From contig OZ024750.1 in the NCBI GenBank assembly GCA_964016885.1, forward strand, positions 14,880,001 to 14,944,000: 64,000 bases of DNA. Direction: 5' to 3'. Positions 25,847 to 39,535 of the stretch are shown here, one piece after another. Numbering within the stretch: position 1 is the stretch's first letter; each line of letters begins with the position of its first letter. Source of the DNA: Eledone cirrhosa. Lineage: Eukaryota. A program made the translations under genes and the position numbers. The notes beneath the pieces are model-generated. The model had not been told where the DNA came from, searched no databases, and saw only the letters and a list, made by a program, of their open reading frames with translations.

Positions 25847-25848
<2 letters not shown>
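25550..25848 (+). mobile_element. PLE-like terminal repeat (family P1): TATA-like box, hammerhead, 100-nt tail, then (TA)n
   Basis: TATAAATA at about 25671; the tail GTATTGAGTACCTTACTTACTGTGGTT...TCAACCCGG is shared with 44221-44300 (-) and 44546-44628 (+). Confidence 0.65.
25700..25750 (+). ncRNA. Type I hammerhead ribozyme motif, sense to the cadherin pre-mRNA
   Basis: AGCTTC-CTGAAGA-TTTCATCTGAAT-GAAA-CAG-tactagtc-CTG-TA-GAAGCT: 6-bp stem I, 4-bp stem III, GUA triplet. Confidence 0.75.
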
Positions 25849-25897
<49 letters not shown>

Positions 25898-26097
25898 ATA
25901 TTTATGCTAAATTCTTCTTTGTGTAGTTTACTACCTTGTGCCTATATAAGAAACCAATATTAGCCGGGTTGTCTTGTTAGTGGTGATTGTCATGTAAACT
26001 GTCACAGTGCCGAATATTTTAGTTGACGAGATAAGATCAATGTGTGTGTAATAGAATATGGTTTTTGTCTGTAGTAAACTACACAAAGAAGAATTTA

Positions 26098-26162
<65 letters not shown>

Positions 26163-26402
26163 TAAAAAAATAATGAATAAAACAATGAAACAGTTCCTTA
26201 TATTAAACAAAAAAAGTTCATTATTTAACGATCGTTTCTAGGATATATATGTGTTAGAATTGGCATGCATATTCAACAGATCTATGTACAAAATTATACA
26301 AAATTATACAAACTATCAAGATTAAATATACATACCAAACACACATATATGCCGTCTTCAGAAATAATAATGACACTACCGTAAACTCTTGGTAGATTTA
26401 TC

Positions 26403-26474
<72 letters not shown>

Positions 26475-26653
26475 TACATAAAGATTCAGCGAGAATCGCA
26501 TTTCGGCGGGCAGGAAAAGCGAAGCGAAACGCAAACATCAGAAATGATATATATATATTTACGTATTCTTTTTTGTTGGACATCCGTAAGTTTTAATATG
26601 TAGAAGAGAGTAAGAGAACATCTTATCTATTTTTATGTTTTTCTTTATTTCAG

Positions 26654-26832
26654 GAACATCTGTGTTGACTGTACAGGCCCGGGACAAAGATTTAGGAAAC
26701 AATGCTCTGATCACTTACTCTATTACTAGTGGTAGCTTCGATCAATTTCAAATTAATCCTAATACTGGAAATGTTTATGTAGCATCTCGAGCCATATTGG
26801 ATTATGATGTACATCCTACATATGCCATTCAG
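26654..26832 (+). CDS. Cadherin exon 10 (TSVLTVQARDKDLGNNA...ILDYDVHPTYAIQ)
   Basis: tttcag/gtaaga; phase 1 in matches exon 9. Confidence 0.95.
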
Positions 26833-27804
26833 GTAAGAGTACATAAAAACCTGTAATACAAATGCCTTTTTCAGCATCATTAACTACACAACCGGGTTTG
26901 TAAATCGTTTAGATAACTTGGTGAGGAGTGAGGTGGGGAGATAATTTTGATTAAATATGTATAAAGCTTGGGAGTTTATGGGTTAATACACAACTATTAT
27001 CACATGATTCTCGTGACAGGTGAAATGTATCCGAACACGGAAGAGCCGAACTCCCACTGTCATCACCCCCATCTCTCTCGCCCTCCCATCTCTCTGTATT
27101 GTGAGCAAATGGGGTCCCAGGTGCTGGCCGCCCCACAGGATCGGCGGACAGAATGGAGAAGGCGTTTTCCTGGAGGAGGATGGTAAGGTAAATATGCTGG
27201 AAGAGCCATTCCATCTAGCGAGACTCACACCTACGGATGGGCAGCTCAGCGCCTATGGTGGGGAGTAGGCTGCCGATTAAGTTAATCAGATGTGTCTTTT
27301 CTCAAAATAGTATTTGTTGACAGAACATATCTCTCGATACACGCTTAACTACTAACTACTATTAAATTCATCCATTTATTTGTGGTGACATGATGAAACC
27401 TTTTATTCTTACACTGCCCCAGTCCTTTGTCAGATAGTTCTGCATCTTCCTCAATGACTCTTTTTAATGTCTTAAGGGGTTTTAAGACATTTGCATTTCA
27501 CATTAGTGGGCTCCCATAGTAAAAGTTTTGAAGCAGGTTCATTGTCTCTCATGACATGACCTGTAAGCTGGAAACACCTGATACAGATGGTATGGTGTCT
27601 ATGACGGTTAACTCTTTTCAGATGTATTCATTGGTATAATGTATATAAAGGGTCTAAGTGTTGCTAACTCAAGGCTGCAATCTTTCCAAGCAATTCACTT
27701 TTCAGTCGCTGTTAATACATTTGAGAAATGCATGAAGTTTGCATTTTCTGTTTCTCCACCATCTGACCCACTATTAATTCATAAATACTTTTGATTGGTA
27801 TGGT

Positions 27805-28080
27805 ATGGTCCGGTAACTCCAGATAGAGTCATAGGCGCGCTGTATTGACATACAGCGTTTCTTGGGCATTTTAAGCCTGGCGGAGTCCATTCCTCTCCAG
27901 GCCAGAGTACAGCAGAGAAGCCCATCCCTCTCCAGGCCTGAGTACAGCAGATTTCTTCCAGAGAGAGGAAGAATCGACCCCAGTACTAGACTGGTACTTT
28001 TTGTATCGACCTCAAACGGATGAAAGGCAAATTTGACCTCGGCGGGATCTAAACTCAGAGAGCAGAGAGCCAGAACGAAT
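27805..28080 (-). mobile_element. SINE family A, long tail type 3
   Basis: Reverse homologue of 3150-3410. Confidence 0.7.
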
Positions 28081-28628
28081 GTTGTTGTTACAGCTCACAC
28101 CTATGCAGGTTTAGCTGGCCTCCTCCAAGGTATATCTCGTTGGTGGTGTCTTGGATGATTTAATGATAGGAACCCCAGTCCTATCATCTCATTTCTACAG
28201 CTGAGTAAACTGGAGCAACGTGAAATAAAGTGTTTTGTTCAAGGCAACAACACATCACCCGGTCCGAGAATTGAACTCACAACCTTTCGATTGCAAGCTC
28301 AATGCTCTAACCACTAAGCCATGCTGCCTTCTGCCAATTTGGCTGCCTTCTGATTACCATTGAACCAATCATTAACTCGTGCGCACTAATGTCTGGAAAA
28401 GGTAACTTCTCTGATCCTGCCAACTATCAATCAACCCATTACTATGACAACCAGTACAACTTCCATAGAGCCAGATCTATTAAAGATCTGCTCTTTTAAG
28501 TTGCTCACCAGCACTTTTTGGATTTTGAGAAATTCTTTGAAAGCAATAATATTGCTCTTGAAACTAGCAATTTTTAAAAGGAAAAAAAAAAATCGTGATT
28601 AGTTTCAGTTATGATGTCATTATTACAG

Positions 28629-28755
28629 GTGGTCGCTGAAGACCAAGGAATTCCAAGACTGAGTGGGACGGCAATTCTGAATATTAAACTTATTGATATA
28701 AATAACAAGAAACCCATGTTCACTAGCTCCGAATATATCAAATCAGTTGATGAGA
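28629..28755 (+). CDS. Cadherin exon 11 (VVAEDQGIPRLSGTA...IDINNKKPMF...VDE)
   Basis: ttacag/gtgagt; AxDxGxPxLS motif. Confidence 0.95.
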
Positions 28756-29210
28756 GTGAGTAAAACTTTGATTGATTAGTTTTTATCGGTAATGATGAGA
28801 ATAATAAACTAACACTTTACTTCAAGTTACGCGTAACCCTGCAATGGGGGGGGGGGGGATAAGGGGGTTCTATCGCTTTCCCAAGGCGAACCATCAGACT
28901 AGCGGAACGGCGGAGACATCTTACTGTTCCTTCTCGGATAATATCCGACCGCTCGCCGGGTTAATATGAAATTTCTGCTTTCATTTAAAAAAAAATAATA
29001 AAAAAGGAAGGAAGGAAAAGAGTTTCTAGGCACTTCCGCGTCTATAGGAAAAAAAAAAAAAAAAAAATACGAGCCGGCTCTAATCCAAAGGGCATGCTCC
29101 GGCTCCTTGTCAGCCCCTCGGGTGGGGTGGGGTGGTGGTTAACAAATACCACAGCGGACCATTACGGCAGCGGAATTGCCATCACGGCACGCTGCGGTAG
29201 ATAGTTGTAG

Positions 29211-29517
29211 TAATGATGATGGTGATGATGATGATGATGGTGATGGTGATGGTGATGGTGATGGTGATGATGATGATGATGATGATCACGATGATCACGA
29301 CGATAGTAACGATGCTTTTAAAGGTGGTAATGGTGACAATGATGATATTCCTTCACCTCATCATCATCGCCACCATCATCATCACCGTCACCATTATCAC
29401 CATCATCATCAGCATCACCATCATCACCATCATCACCATCATCATCACCATCACCATCATCACCATCATCACCACCGTCGTCATCATCGTCAACATCATT
29501 AACATCATCATCATTAA

Positions 29518-29548
<31 letters not shown>

Positions 29549-29552
29549 GTCA
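29211..29552. repeat. (GAT/GGT)n followed by (CAT/CAC)n trinucleotide repeats
   Basis: Direct inspection; gives the spurious poly-D/H/M ORFs. Confidence 0.9.
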
Positions 29553-29769
29553 TTTTACCTTTATCCACCATTCACACATGAATACGATATACAACCGAAG
29601 TAACTATACTTTTATTCTTTTAGTGGTTTCAGTTATCAGACTGCGGCCATGCTACAGCACATGAGATAAGGATTTAACTTGTTTTTATCGACATCAGAAC
29701 TTATTTAACCGATCTCTAAATGACCCCCCCCCCCACAACACTGCTTTGATGGTGATAAATATAATAAAC

Positions 29770-30123
29770 ACAAATACAGACGGTCACACACACACACACA
29801 CACAAATACACACAAATACACACACATACACACACATGTATAAAAAAGGTGAGAAAAACACAGACGCTTACGCACACACACCACACACATACACACACAT
29901 GTATAAAAAAAAAGGTGGCGCAAACACAGTCGCTTACGCACACACACACCACACACACACACACATGTATAAAAAAAGGTGGCACAAACACATTCACTTA
30001 TGAACACACACACACACATATACACACATGTATACAAAAATGTGACACAAACACAGACTCATGCACACACACGCGCACACACTTACATACACATGTATAA
30101 AAATGATAGCACAAACACAAACT

Positions 30124-30181
<58 letters not shown>

Positions 30182-30430
30182 TAAAAAAGGTGGCAGAAAC
30201 ACAAACGCTCACACACACACACACACACACACATACACACACATGCACACACATGTATAAAAAAGGTGGCACAAACACAGACGCCCACGCACACACACAC
30301 ACTCACACTCACACACACACTCACACACACACCACACACACACTCACACACACACCACACACACACTCACATACACACATACTCTCTCTCTCTCACACAC
30401 ACACACTTATATTAAATAAAGGTGGCAGTG
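29770..30430. repeat. (CA)n-based minisatellite with recurring ATGTATAAAAAAGGTGGCACAAACAC
   Basis: About 8 degenerate units separated by (CA)n. Confidence 0.8.
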
Positions 30431-31036
30431 ACATGGAAGTTTCGGCAAATCTTTCTTCTGATTGGAATTAGAAAGTTACATAAATTATCGACTACTGCAA
30501 TATAAAACATTCACCAAAGTCAGTTTCCTCTCCGTTAAAAAAAATTAAATTATCTTTCTTTTTATTGATATGTTTCTAAATGGAAAATTGTAAATTAGTT
30601 GTTTAGGAAAACTTTGGGCCCCAATTTCAAGTCCACAACTAATTATTCGCAAAATAAGACCCCCCCCCCCAAAAAAAAAACCCAAACAAAAAAAATCAAA
30701 ACAAAAAAAACAAGACAAAAAAACGCACCCCCAAAGCAAAATAAAAAAAAACAAAAAAAAAACACCCCAAAACAACAAAAACACCCATACATACATAAAA
30801 AAAACGACAACCAGAAACGTTTATGAAATCTCGACGAGATTTAAAAATATAAAATTAAGCAAAAAAAAAAAAAAAAAAAAATCAACATAAAAAAAGGTAA
30901 TTATTAATGAAGCTGACTGATTAAATTTTAATGAAAGGCATTTGGTAAAATTCATTAATCGCTATCTGTCGTATTGTAGTTTATTTCATTGTAGTATTGA
31001 GTGAAGCAATATGGAGTTAATTTCCTCTTTTTCACA

Positions 31037-31071
<35 letters not shown>

Positions 31072-31755
31072 TTCACAACATCTCTCTCTCTCTCTGTCAT
31101 CCCATCTCTCTCTCAATTTCTCTCTTTTTCACAATCTCTCTCTTTCCTTCTCTTTTTTTTTCTCTCTCTCTCTCTTTCTCTCTCTTTTTCACAGCATCTC
31201 TCTCTCTCCAAATCTTTATTTTTTCATCTCATACAGCTATCTACTTAGAGAAGTAGATAGCTATCTTTGAGAAAACAAAAATTATCCGAACAATTCATAG
31301 AAAACATTTACTAATTGTAGACAAAATAAACTCAATTGACATTCGTTTAAAATGTATCTTTATTTTGTTTAACTCAACATATTTTGCACCCCATTTATTG
31401 TTTGAACGAATAGACCCTAGTGGCAAAATAAGAAACGATTATTATTGAATTGGTAGAGTTGTTAGAGCATCGTATAAAATCCTTAGTAGTATTTTCCCGG
31501 CTCTTTACGTTTTGAGTTCAAATCCCACCATGGCTAATTATGCCTTTCATTTTCTTGAGTTGATAAAATAAAGTACTAGCGTAAATTTAATCAACTTTCT
31601 CCTTCCCCAAATTGCTGAAACCCCGTAACAATGTTACAAAAATCTTCTTCTTCTTCTTCTTCTTCTTCTTCTTCTAAGCCAAAATACACAGTTGAAACCA
31701 TTTGATTTAATGTATGTTACAGATACATTAAATAAAAGAACATTATTATATTTTT

Positions 31756-31941
31756 GGTGGATTGGCAGTATCGGTAGAGGGTCAGACGCCATGCTTTGCA
31801 GCACAGTTACGTCCCTTTACGAACTGAGTTCAAATCCCGCCGAGGTTAACTTTGCCTTTCATCCTTACGGGGTCGATAAAATAAAGTACCAGTAATGTAC
31901 TGGGTAATTGCTGGCCTTGTACCAAAAGTAGAAACAATTAT
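31756..31941 (+). mobile_element. SINE family A (tail type 1)
   Basis: Head, core and tail; ATTATTATATTT direct repeat on both sides. Confidence 0.88.
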
Positions 31942-32324
31942 TATATTTCTGTTATAAAACATTGCTCTAAACCAGAAAATATCGTGATAGTATGGCAAAC
32001 GCCATAAAATAGAAGTAATACTCTGGTAGAACTGAGCCTGTGTGTCTATTTCGACTCCTATCACATATTCTCTAGAGATAAGTATTAAGACACACAATAT
32101 AATCCCACGTTTTGTGTAATCCATAGATTTAGCCTAAGTTAGAAAGAAATAATATGATAATGAGCATCTTAGATTAGAAGTAAGTTTTTGGTAAACCAAA
32201 TCATAATTTCAATTGTTGCTTGAAGTAATTGTACAATTTTGCTACACCAATTCAGAAATTCTGAAGCTTTATTTCTTAAAAAAAAAAAACGTTTGTCTGA
32301 AAGAAATGAATCAAAGAAATGAAT

Positions 32325-32580
32325 GTCTAAGATGATTGGGACACGCCACATGACTTAAAGAGAACATGCTAATCAGATCCTGCATTGGAAATAGGCGAAG
32401 AGGACATCCCAAGATCAACTGGTGACATACAATTGACGGAGACCTGAAACCCGCTAACAAGAGTTGGAACGATGTATTGATAGATGCAGCTGACCATGGT
32501 CATTTGGAGCACTTTGGCAGCCTCATGTGTCTCAAGATGCAGGAGCTTCCAAGACTAAGTCGAAATCTAACGTCTAAGAT
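32325..32580 (+). mobile_element. Decayed RTE-like LINE 3' end
   Basis: IGH...RRRGHPRST-like translation and a (GTCTAA)-like tail. Confidence 0.5.
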
Positions 32581-33164
32581 GAATTTGTCCCTGAAGCTGC
32601 TAATTAGTCTGTTGTCATACCGAAAGCAGACAGAAGTACGATATTCTATTGTGTAATTGTAAGGTGACGCAGTATATGTCTTCATCTGGTTCTAATTTGT
32701 CCATTATTCAAATGGATGCTAGTTTATACCTCAGCAATTCTTGCAGCATAAAATATTTTTTTGAAATTATTTTAATTGATTTTCTTACGAGTGAGTTTAG
32801 TTTTTCTACATGATATCTCGTAATGGTAAGAATTTTGCCAAACTGGAACTGTTGCTATTGTTGTTACTACTGAAAAATTACTATTTGTAGCATACAAAAA
32901 TCTACAGACTATTTATTTATACAGCTTTTATTTTGTCGTCTGCAGCAATGTACTACAATTTCTAAAGTTGTCTAATCTAACAGAAAAGAAGAAAATATTG
33001 GTATCTCAAATGTTTTGTAACCTATATTTGTACCAATGCTGGTAGCAAAAACCAAAAGAAAATAAACGCATGGAAAGAGTAGAAAAAAATTGAAAAAAAA
33101 CAAACAAACAAAAAAAACATTAAAAGAAATAGCTGGCACATTACTCTAGTATAGAGGTTGTATT

Positions 33165-33527
33165 AATAATGGCTTCTACTTTTGGCACAAGGCCAGCAAT
33201 TACCCAGTACATTACTGGTACTTTATTTTATCGACCCCGTAAGGATGAAAGGCAAAGTTAACTTCGGCGGGATTTGAACTCAGAATGTAAAGGGCCATAA
33301 CTCTATGCTGCAAAGCATGGTGTCTGACACTCTACCGATACTGCCAATCCAGGTTGTATTAATAATGGTTTCTACTTTTGGCACAAGGCCAGCAATTACC
33401 CAATGCATTACTGGAACTTTATTTTATCGACCTCGTAAGGATGAAAGGCAAAGTTAACCTCGGCGAGATTTGAACTCAGAATGGCAAGGGCCGTAACTCT
33501 ATACGTCAAAGCATGGTGTCCGACCCT
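33165..33527 (-). mobile_element. Tandem dimer of SINE family A
   Basis: Two units, each preceded by AGGTTGTATTAATAAT. Confidence 0.85.
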
Positions 33528-33931
33528 TACTTTAAAATGACAGTAATTCCACTAGGGTGTCAAATTTGCTATACAGGTTCAATTAACGGTGGCGACAGTT
33601 TTATTTCGTCTCTACTCACACTTATTTCTCATTATATATATATATATGTGTATATATGTATGTATGGCCCCGTAACTCCTAATAGAGTCATAGGGGCACC
33701 ATATTGACATACGGTGTTTCTTGATTTAAAGTCTAGCGGAGCCTGTCACTGCCTCTCCTTGTATATAATAAGCTGTCAAAATTATCAAAATATAATTTAC
33801 TGATTAGGTTTGGATGTATGGGATGGAGTGGAAATCCCTGGTAGTATTCCAATGACTGACTGAAAGTTATAATAATTTAATTTCAGTAATAAATGTTATA
33901 ATAATAAATGGATTTTGCTTTTTACTTGCAG

Positions 33932-34077
33932 AGACACCTTTGGATACAATCATTTTAGTAGTCCATGCTACTGATAAAGACAAAAACAGTAAAATAGAAT
34001 ATACCATCAATAGATTCAGTTTAGTGGCCCAAGATGCACAAGGGCTGATATTACCTACTATTCCTAATGATTACAGG
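33932..34077 (+). CDS. Cadherin exon 12 (TPLDTIILVVHATDKDKNSKIEY...AQDAQG...NDYR)
   Basis: ttgcag/gtaagt; phase 1 in; not in the ORF track. Confidence 0.93.
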
Positions 34078-34556
34078 GTAAGTTGATGATTTGCTTTTGC
34101 TTTTAAAGGTTCATTAATAAAATATCTGAAGGAAATAAATAGTTAGAATAGAATTATATTACAAAATTATGAGACATCGTGAGATGGCGCTTGTAAAGAA
34201 AGAAAGATCTGTCATGTCAAAGGTGATAGAAAATATCATAGGACCACAATGAGTAAAGATGTAATGTATTTCTTTGATTTTTAAGTTGAAATCAAAATTT
34301 TTAATATATAATCAGTGGAGTTGAAAAACATGTGAGAAGTGGGAGATGGGTCTAGTATGTGGGTGATAGATACTAACTCACTGGTTTATTTGTTTTCCTA
34401 CCATACTCAAAATCATAATCCAAATCTACCATCTATAATAAATAAGGACAAATTATACAAAATACTTCCTGGAGTGCAAGGAATAGAGAACAACAATACA
34501 ACCAATATATACTCACTTCATTACAAGAAATGTTAGGAAATATGAAGATTTTCAAC

Positions 34557-34626
<70 letters not shown>

Positions 34627-34643
34627 GTATGTATATATATATA

Positions 34644-34750
<107 letters not shown>

Positions 34751-34902
34751 ACATATATATATATATATTAGAAAGTGAGGTTTTTTTTACAAAATGAAAA
34801 ATAATCGAGGTGTCCTACACGAGTGAAAGTATAAAGAAAAAGAGATGAAATCGAAAATGCAAATGGAGTCTTATTTAAAAAAAAAAATATATTTATTTGG
34901 TT

Positions 34903-34940
34903 CCTTTACCGGTTTCGCAGTTCTTCTGCTTTTCAAAAGG
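34903..34940 (-). ncRNA. Minimal hammerhead ribozyme motif with a U3-A8 core variant
   Basis: Minus strand CCTT-TTGAAAA-GCAG-aagaa-CTGC-GAAA-CCGG-TA-AAGG, then AATAAA. Confidence 0.75.
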
Positions 34941-34982
34941 TGAGTTGAGCTGGAGGGTCTGTGGTTTTTCTCTCTGTTTACC

Positions 34983-35088
<106 letters not shown>

Positions 35089-35185
35089 CAAAAGAATGAA
35101 GAATGACATGGTCGGCTGCACAATATGGTATAATCTATTGTACTATCTATTTCAATGATGTCATGACAATAACTATGTCTCTCTC

Positions 35186-35371
35186 GGTGGATTGGCAGAA
35201 TCGGTAGAGGGTCGGACGCCATGCTTTCCAACACAGTTACGTCCCTTTACGATCTGAGTTCAAATCCCGCCGAGGTTGACTTTGCCTTTCATCCTTACGG
35301 GGTCGATAAAATAAAGTACCAGTAATGCACTGGGTAATTGCTGGCCTTGTGCCTAAAGTAGAAACAATTAT
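35186..35371 (+). mobile_element. SINE family A (tail type 1)
   Basis: Head, core and tail. Confidence 0.88.
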
Positions 35372-35418
35372 ATATATATATATATTATATATATATATAT
35401 TATATATATATATATATA

Positions 35419-35466
<48 letters not shown>

Positions 35467-35515
35467 GGTAAACAGAAATAACAACCCAATCGGTACAGTA
35501 TATGGAAGGTATATA

Positions 35516-35595
35516 TTAGGTTGTAACATAAATTCCTGTTGTTGTTATAATTTATTTGTTTTCACAAATCGGCGGGAATGTATGTTACAACCTAA
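35516..35595. mobile_element. 80-bp mariner-type MITE
   Basis: TIR TTAGGTTGTAACATA(A/C)ATTCC(T/C)G with TA on both sides. Confidence 0.65.
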
Positions 35596-35599
35596 TATA

Positions 35600-35665
<66 letters not shown>

Positions 35666-36890
35666 GCATATAGCAAAGTTAAAAATAATATTTTGCCATT
35701 TAAATTTGATGTGGCATCATTGCTAGTATGAAAATATATGGTCAAACTCTACTAAAAATTAAAAATTAATATATTTAATCATGCATATAGACAAAATTAT
35801 GATTTCATCACAAGTAAACCATTTCTCCATAATCTTGCACAAATATGTGTCTAATTTAAACTAAAATTTCAAAAGTAAATGACCAGGAAATATATTTTTC
35901 TTTATAAAAGTAAGTTTAAAATTAACATATAAGATATAATCAGATATTTTATAAAATATTTATATAACAAATACATTCAAGCAAATGAAAATTTATAGAG
36001 TAGCATAGAATCAATATAAGGTTATACGAGATAAATATTTTTAGTAAGCTTGGGATTAAAAGTAAAATTTCTAAAATACTACCTGCACACAAAATTAATT
36101 TGATGTGGGTTAGAACGTTGGACTCGACGTGCTGTGACTCGTTCTCCGCCTCCAGCTTTGTCATTTCGGCTTCACTACCTGCAATGTGGAGGAGAGGAAG
36201 ATAGTCAAATACTGGGGCCTAATCGACTGCTTCCTCTTTGTATTGGTCTTCGTCGAGATTGCTGGCGTCCTTGGTCCCCTCACTGCAGATTTCCTGAGTA
36301 TAATCGGAGAGACGGCGGCCCGCTTGAGGAGGAAGCCTCATGAAGCGGGATGGCTGTTGTAATGGGTGTCTCTAGCCATTCTCCACGGTAACGCTTTTAC
36401 TGTTTTGTCCATGCGGCGCGGCTGAGGTACCGCTCAGACTGGGGTATAATGTCTGTCCCAGCCCCTCACCCTTTCTTTCCTTGCTAAATTCATTTTCTTT
36501 TTTTCATTCCCTTTATAAATTTCTTTTGTTCCCTTTAATAGTGTGTTTTGTTTTTGTTATAATCCTAAATATAGGGACAATTAAATCTCTCCCAAGTTAA
36601 CTCTATCTCGTGTTATTATTTTTATTTTTACGCTCTTTCCTACGTTCCTCTACACACTATACATCTCATTCTACATTCCCTTACATCTCTCTCTTCACCA
36701 CCGGATTCTGTTACCCGGAGATTTATCCATCTGCATTGTTGAGGCTTCCAAAACGACAAAAAAAAAAAATCTTTTTATTATTCCACAATGCTTCAAGCAA
36801 ACTTCAATACTCTCTCTTATATATATTTATATATATATAGTATTAATAATAAATTTGAAGGGTGAAACTTGCTTAAACTTTAATCTGTTA

Positions 36891-36988
<98 letters not shown>

Positions 36989-37149
36989 TATACATATATA
37001 TAGTCTATCAAAGTTCTTTCATCACACACCTGTGACATCATCAGTGATACTATTATGTTTCCTCTCGTTGTATTGTAATGTCTATTCTATTTTATTTATA
37101 TATATAAACTATTCTCCTAAAAACTTCATCAGTTTCCATCTCTTGTATA

Positions 37150-37400
37150 GACGTCTTTCTGTTAAGTTACACGATAATGACATATTTAACGGAGTTCCGT
37201 TTCCCCCACATCCAATTCTATCAATTCACACGTATTCTAATGCTTCGTTCTCCTCTATTGTATTAATGATCTACGAGCTATCATCCCAAAAGGACGCCCA
37301 CTCCTACGCTGATGATGCCATAGTTAATTCCCACTTAACATTCCATGCCGAAGGGTCACTCACGCGAACCCCCGATTTCTCATGTCAAACCTGAATGGGT
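37150..37400 (+). mobile_element. Decayed LINE reverse-transcriptase fragment
   Basis: NGVP...HSYADD remnant. Confidence 0.55.
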
Positions 37401-37610
37401 AAAATAACAAAGGCGTCAAAGAGGTCCATGAATGGCACCATGTCAATATTGCCTCATTCAAAAGAACAATGATACAATCTCTACACATATCGATAGCCCT
37501 TAATCATGAACATTAAATAAAATCCCTCAGAATTTCCCACTCTCGTACATTGACCCCGTACACAAACCCATAAATACACACGCCAGGAAATTGCATTTTG
37601 CCTAATATTA

Positions 37611-37798
37611 GGTGGATTGGCAGAATCAGTAGAGGGTAGGACACCATGCTTTGCAGCATAGAATTACGCCCCTTTACGGTCTGAGTTCAAATCCCGCCAA
37701 GGTTAACTTTGCCTTTCATCCTTACGGAGTCGATAAAATAAAGTACCAGTAATGTACTGGGATAATTGCTGGCCTTGTGACAAAAGTAGAAAGAATTA
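37611..37798 (+). mobile_element. SINE family A (tail type 1)
   Basis: Head, core and tail. Confidence 0.85.
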
Positions 37799-39185
37799 TG
37801 TTTAAATTATAATTTTAATGATTGATTCTGAAGATTATTATTGTTTCGATATTTTTATTTTATAAACTCTTCATTATTTGGTTTTATGTTTTTTTTTAAA
37901 AATTCAAATGACTCCATTTATGAATTCAACATTTAACTGAACATAAGAAAAAGAAATTACAAAAACTAAACAATAAATTCCTAATGATATTTTATGTTCT
38001 TTAACAGAAGAATACAAAATGAGAAGCAAAAACAAAATGTATATTAAAAGATAAAGTAAATTCATATTCAGAGAATGTTAAATAATATCGAATGAAGAAC
38101 AGATGTAATTTTGTTTGGTAAAATACATTGGAATTGGAAATATAAAGATCAGTGCACCACTCATTGAAAAAAAATATTTTATTGAAAAATAACTGATGTG
38201 TTGTTTAAATATTATTTCATTTTTATATTTATTTGTTTATTTTTATTCGATCGTATTTATTTAATTGAATATTTCATTTTTTTCCCTCAAATCACTAGTC
38301 AATTTATATGTACAATGGGCTGTACAACTATCATCACAACGAACATTACCAGGAATGCCATCAGACTTTCCATAAACACTTCACTACTTAATAGTCGCTA
38401 ATACTGCCATTTTCATCACAATACCAGAATCGACCACTGCCACATACAAATGAAAAAGCATTTATGTTGTTACTCGATTTGCTGGAAATAGAAAGCTAAA
38501 ACCACATCAGACTACAGCCTACTGTCATAAATAAAGGACACACTATTATGTACCAGTGAAGAACTGGGGGCGATTTTACCTCTATATCTCTTTCTCACTT
38601 CCATTCTTTCATTCTCTATCCTTCTCTGGAAGAAATCTGCTGTATTCACAGCTGGAGTGGAAATGGGTTCTGCCATGTTTAAAAGAAATGCTGTATGTCA
38701 ATGTGGCGTCCCTAAAAACTCCCTCAGGAGTTCCGGGTCTTTATCACTATTATGTAGTTCTCAAAAAATATGCAAAGAAATCCTATATACATTTAAAAGC
38801 TCAAGATGGTCATAGCTAGTAAGTCTTTAATTCTAGGCATGTTTTACCGACAACGACCACCGTCTGTTTTGCCAATATCTCACTGTTATGTCATGGAATA
38901 TCTCATTGTTATGTCATGAGTCAACCAGGGAACATCTACTATGTGATTGTTCGATCTGCTAGAAATAGCTGCTAAATCTTCCTCAAATCACACCTTTGAA
39001 AAGTGTTACATAACGCAGTTCTGTGTTTCATGTACATAAGAAAACAACAAGATAGTCTGAACAACAACAACAACAATGCTACCAATTTGTGTATCATTAA
39101 GACAACTACTTCTAATCCCACATCACTACTGAAGCCACTATACCATCGTTTTCCACAACACTAATGTCGAACTGATAATATTAAT

Positions 39186-39535
39186 GGTGGATTGGCAGTA
39201 TAGGTAGAAGGTTGGACGTCATGCTTTGCAGCAAAGAGTTACGGCCCTTTATGGCCTGAGTTCAAATCCCGCCGAGGTTAACTTTGCCTTTCATCCTTAC
39301 GGGGTCGATAAAATAAAGTACCAGTAATACCTGGGATAATTTCTGGCCTTGTGCCAGCGTCGGCTAAAATGTCATTTCACCATTTGTTCTGGCTCTTTAT
39401 ACTGAATTAAAATGGCACCGACGTTAACTTTGCTTTTCATAGTTTCGCAGTCTATAAAATAAAGTACCAGTCAAGTACTGGGGTTGATTTAACCAACCTT
39501 GCCCCAAATTTACTGGCCTAATTTAGAAATCAATA
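39186..39535 (+). mobile_element. SINE family A copy followed by an older degenerate copy
   Basis: Cores near 39275-39325 and 39420-39480. Confidence 0.75.

Noticed and set aside
29176-29581. Poly-Asp/poly-His ORF suggesting a metal-binding protein
   Set aside because: Trinucleotide repeats open in several frames on both strands; no proper start or splice context.
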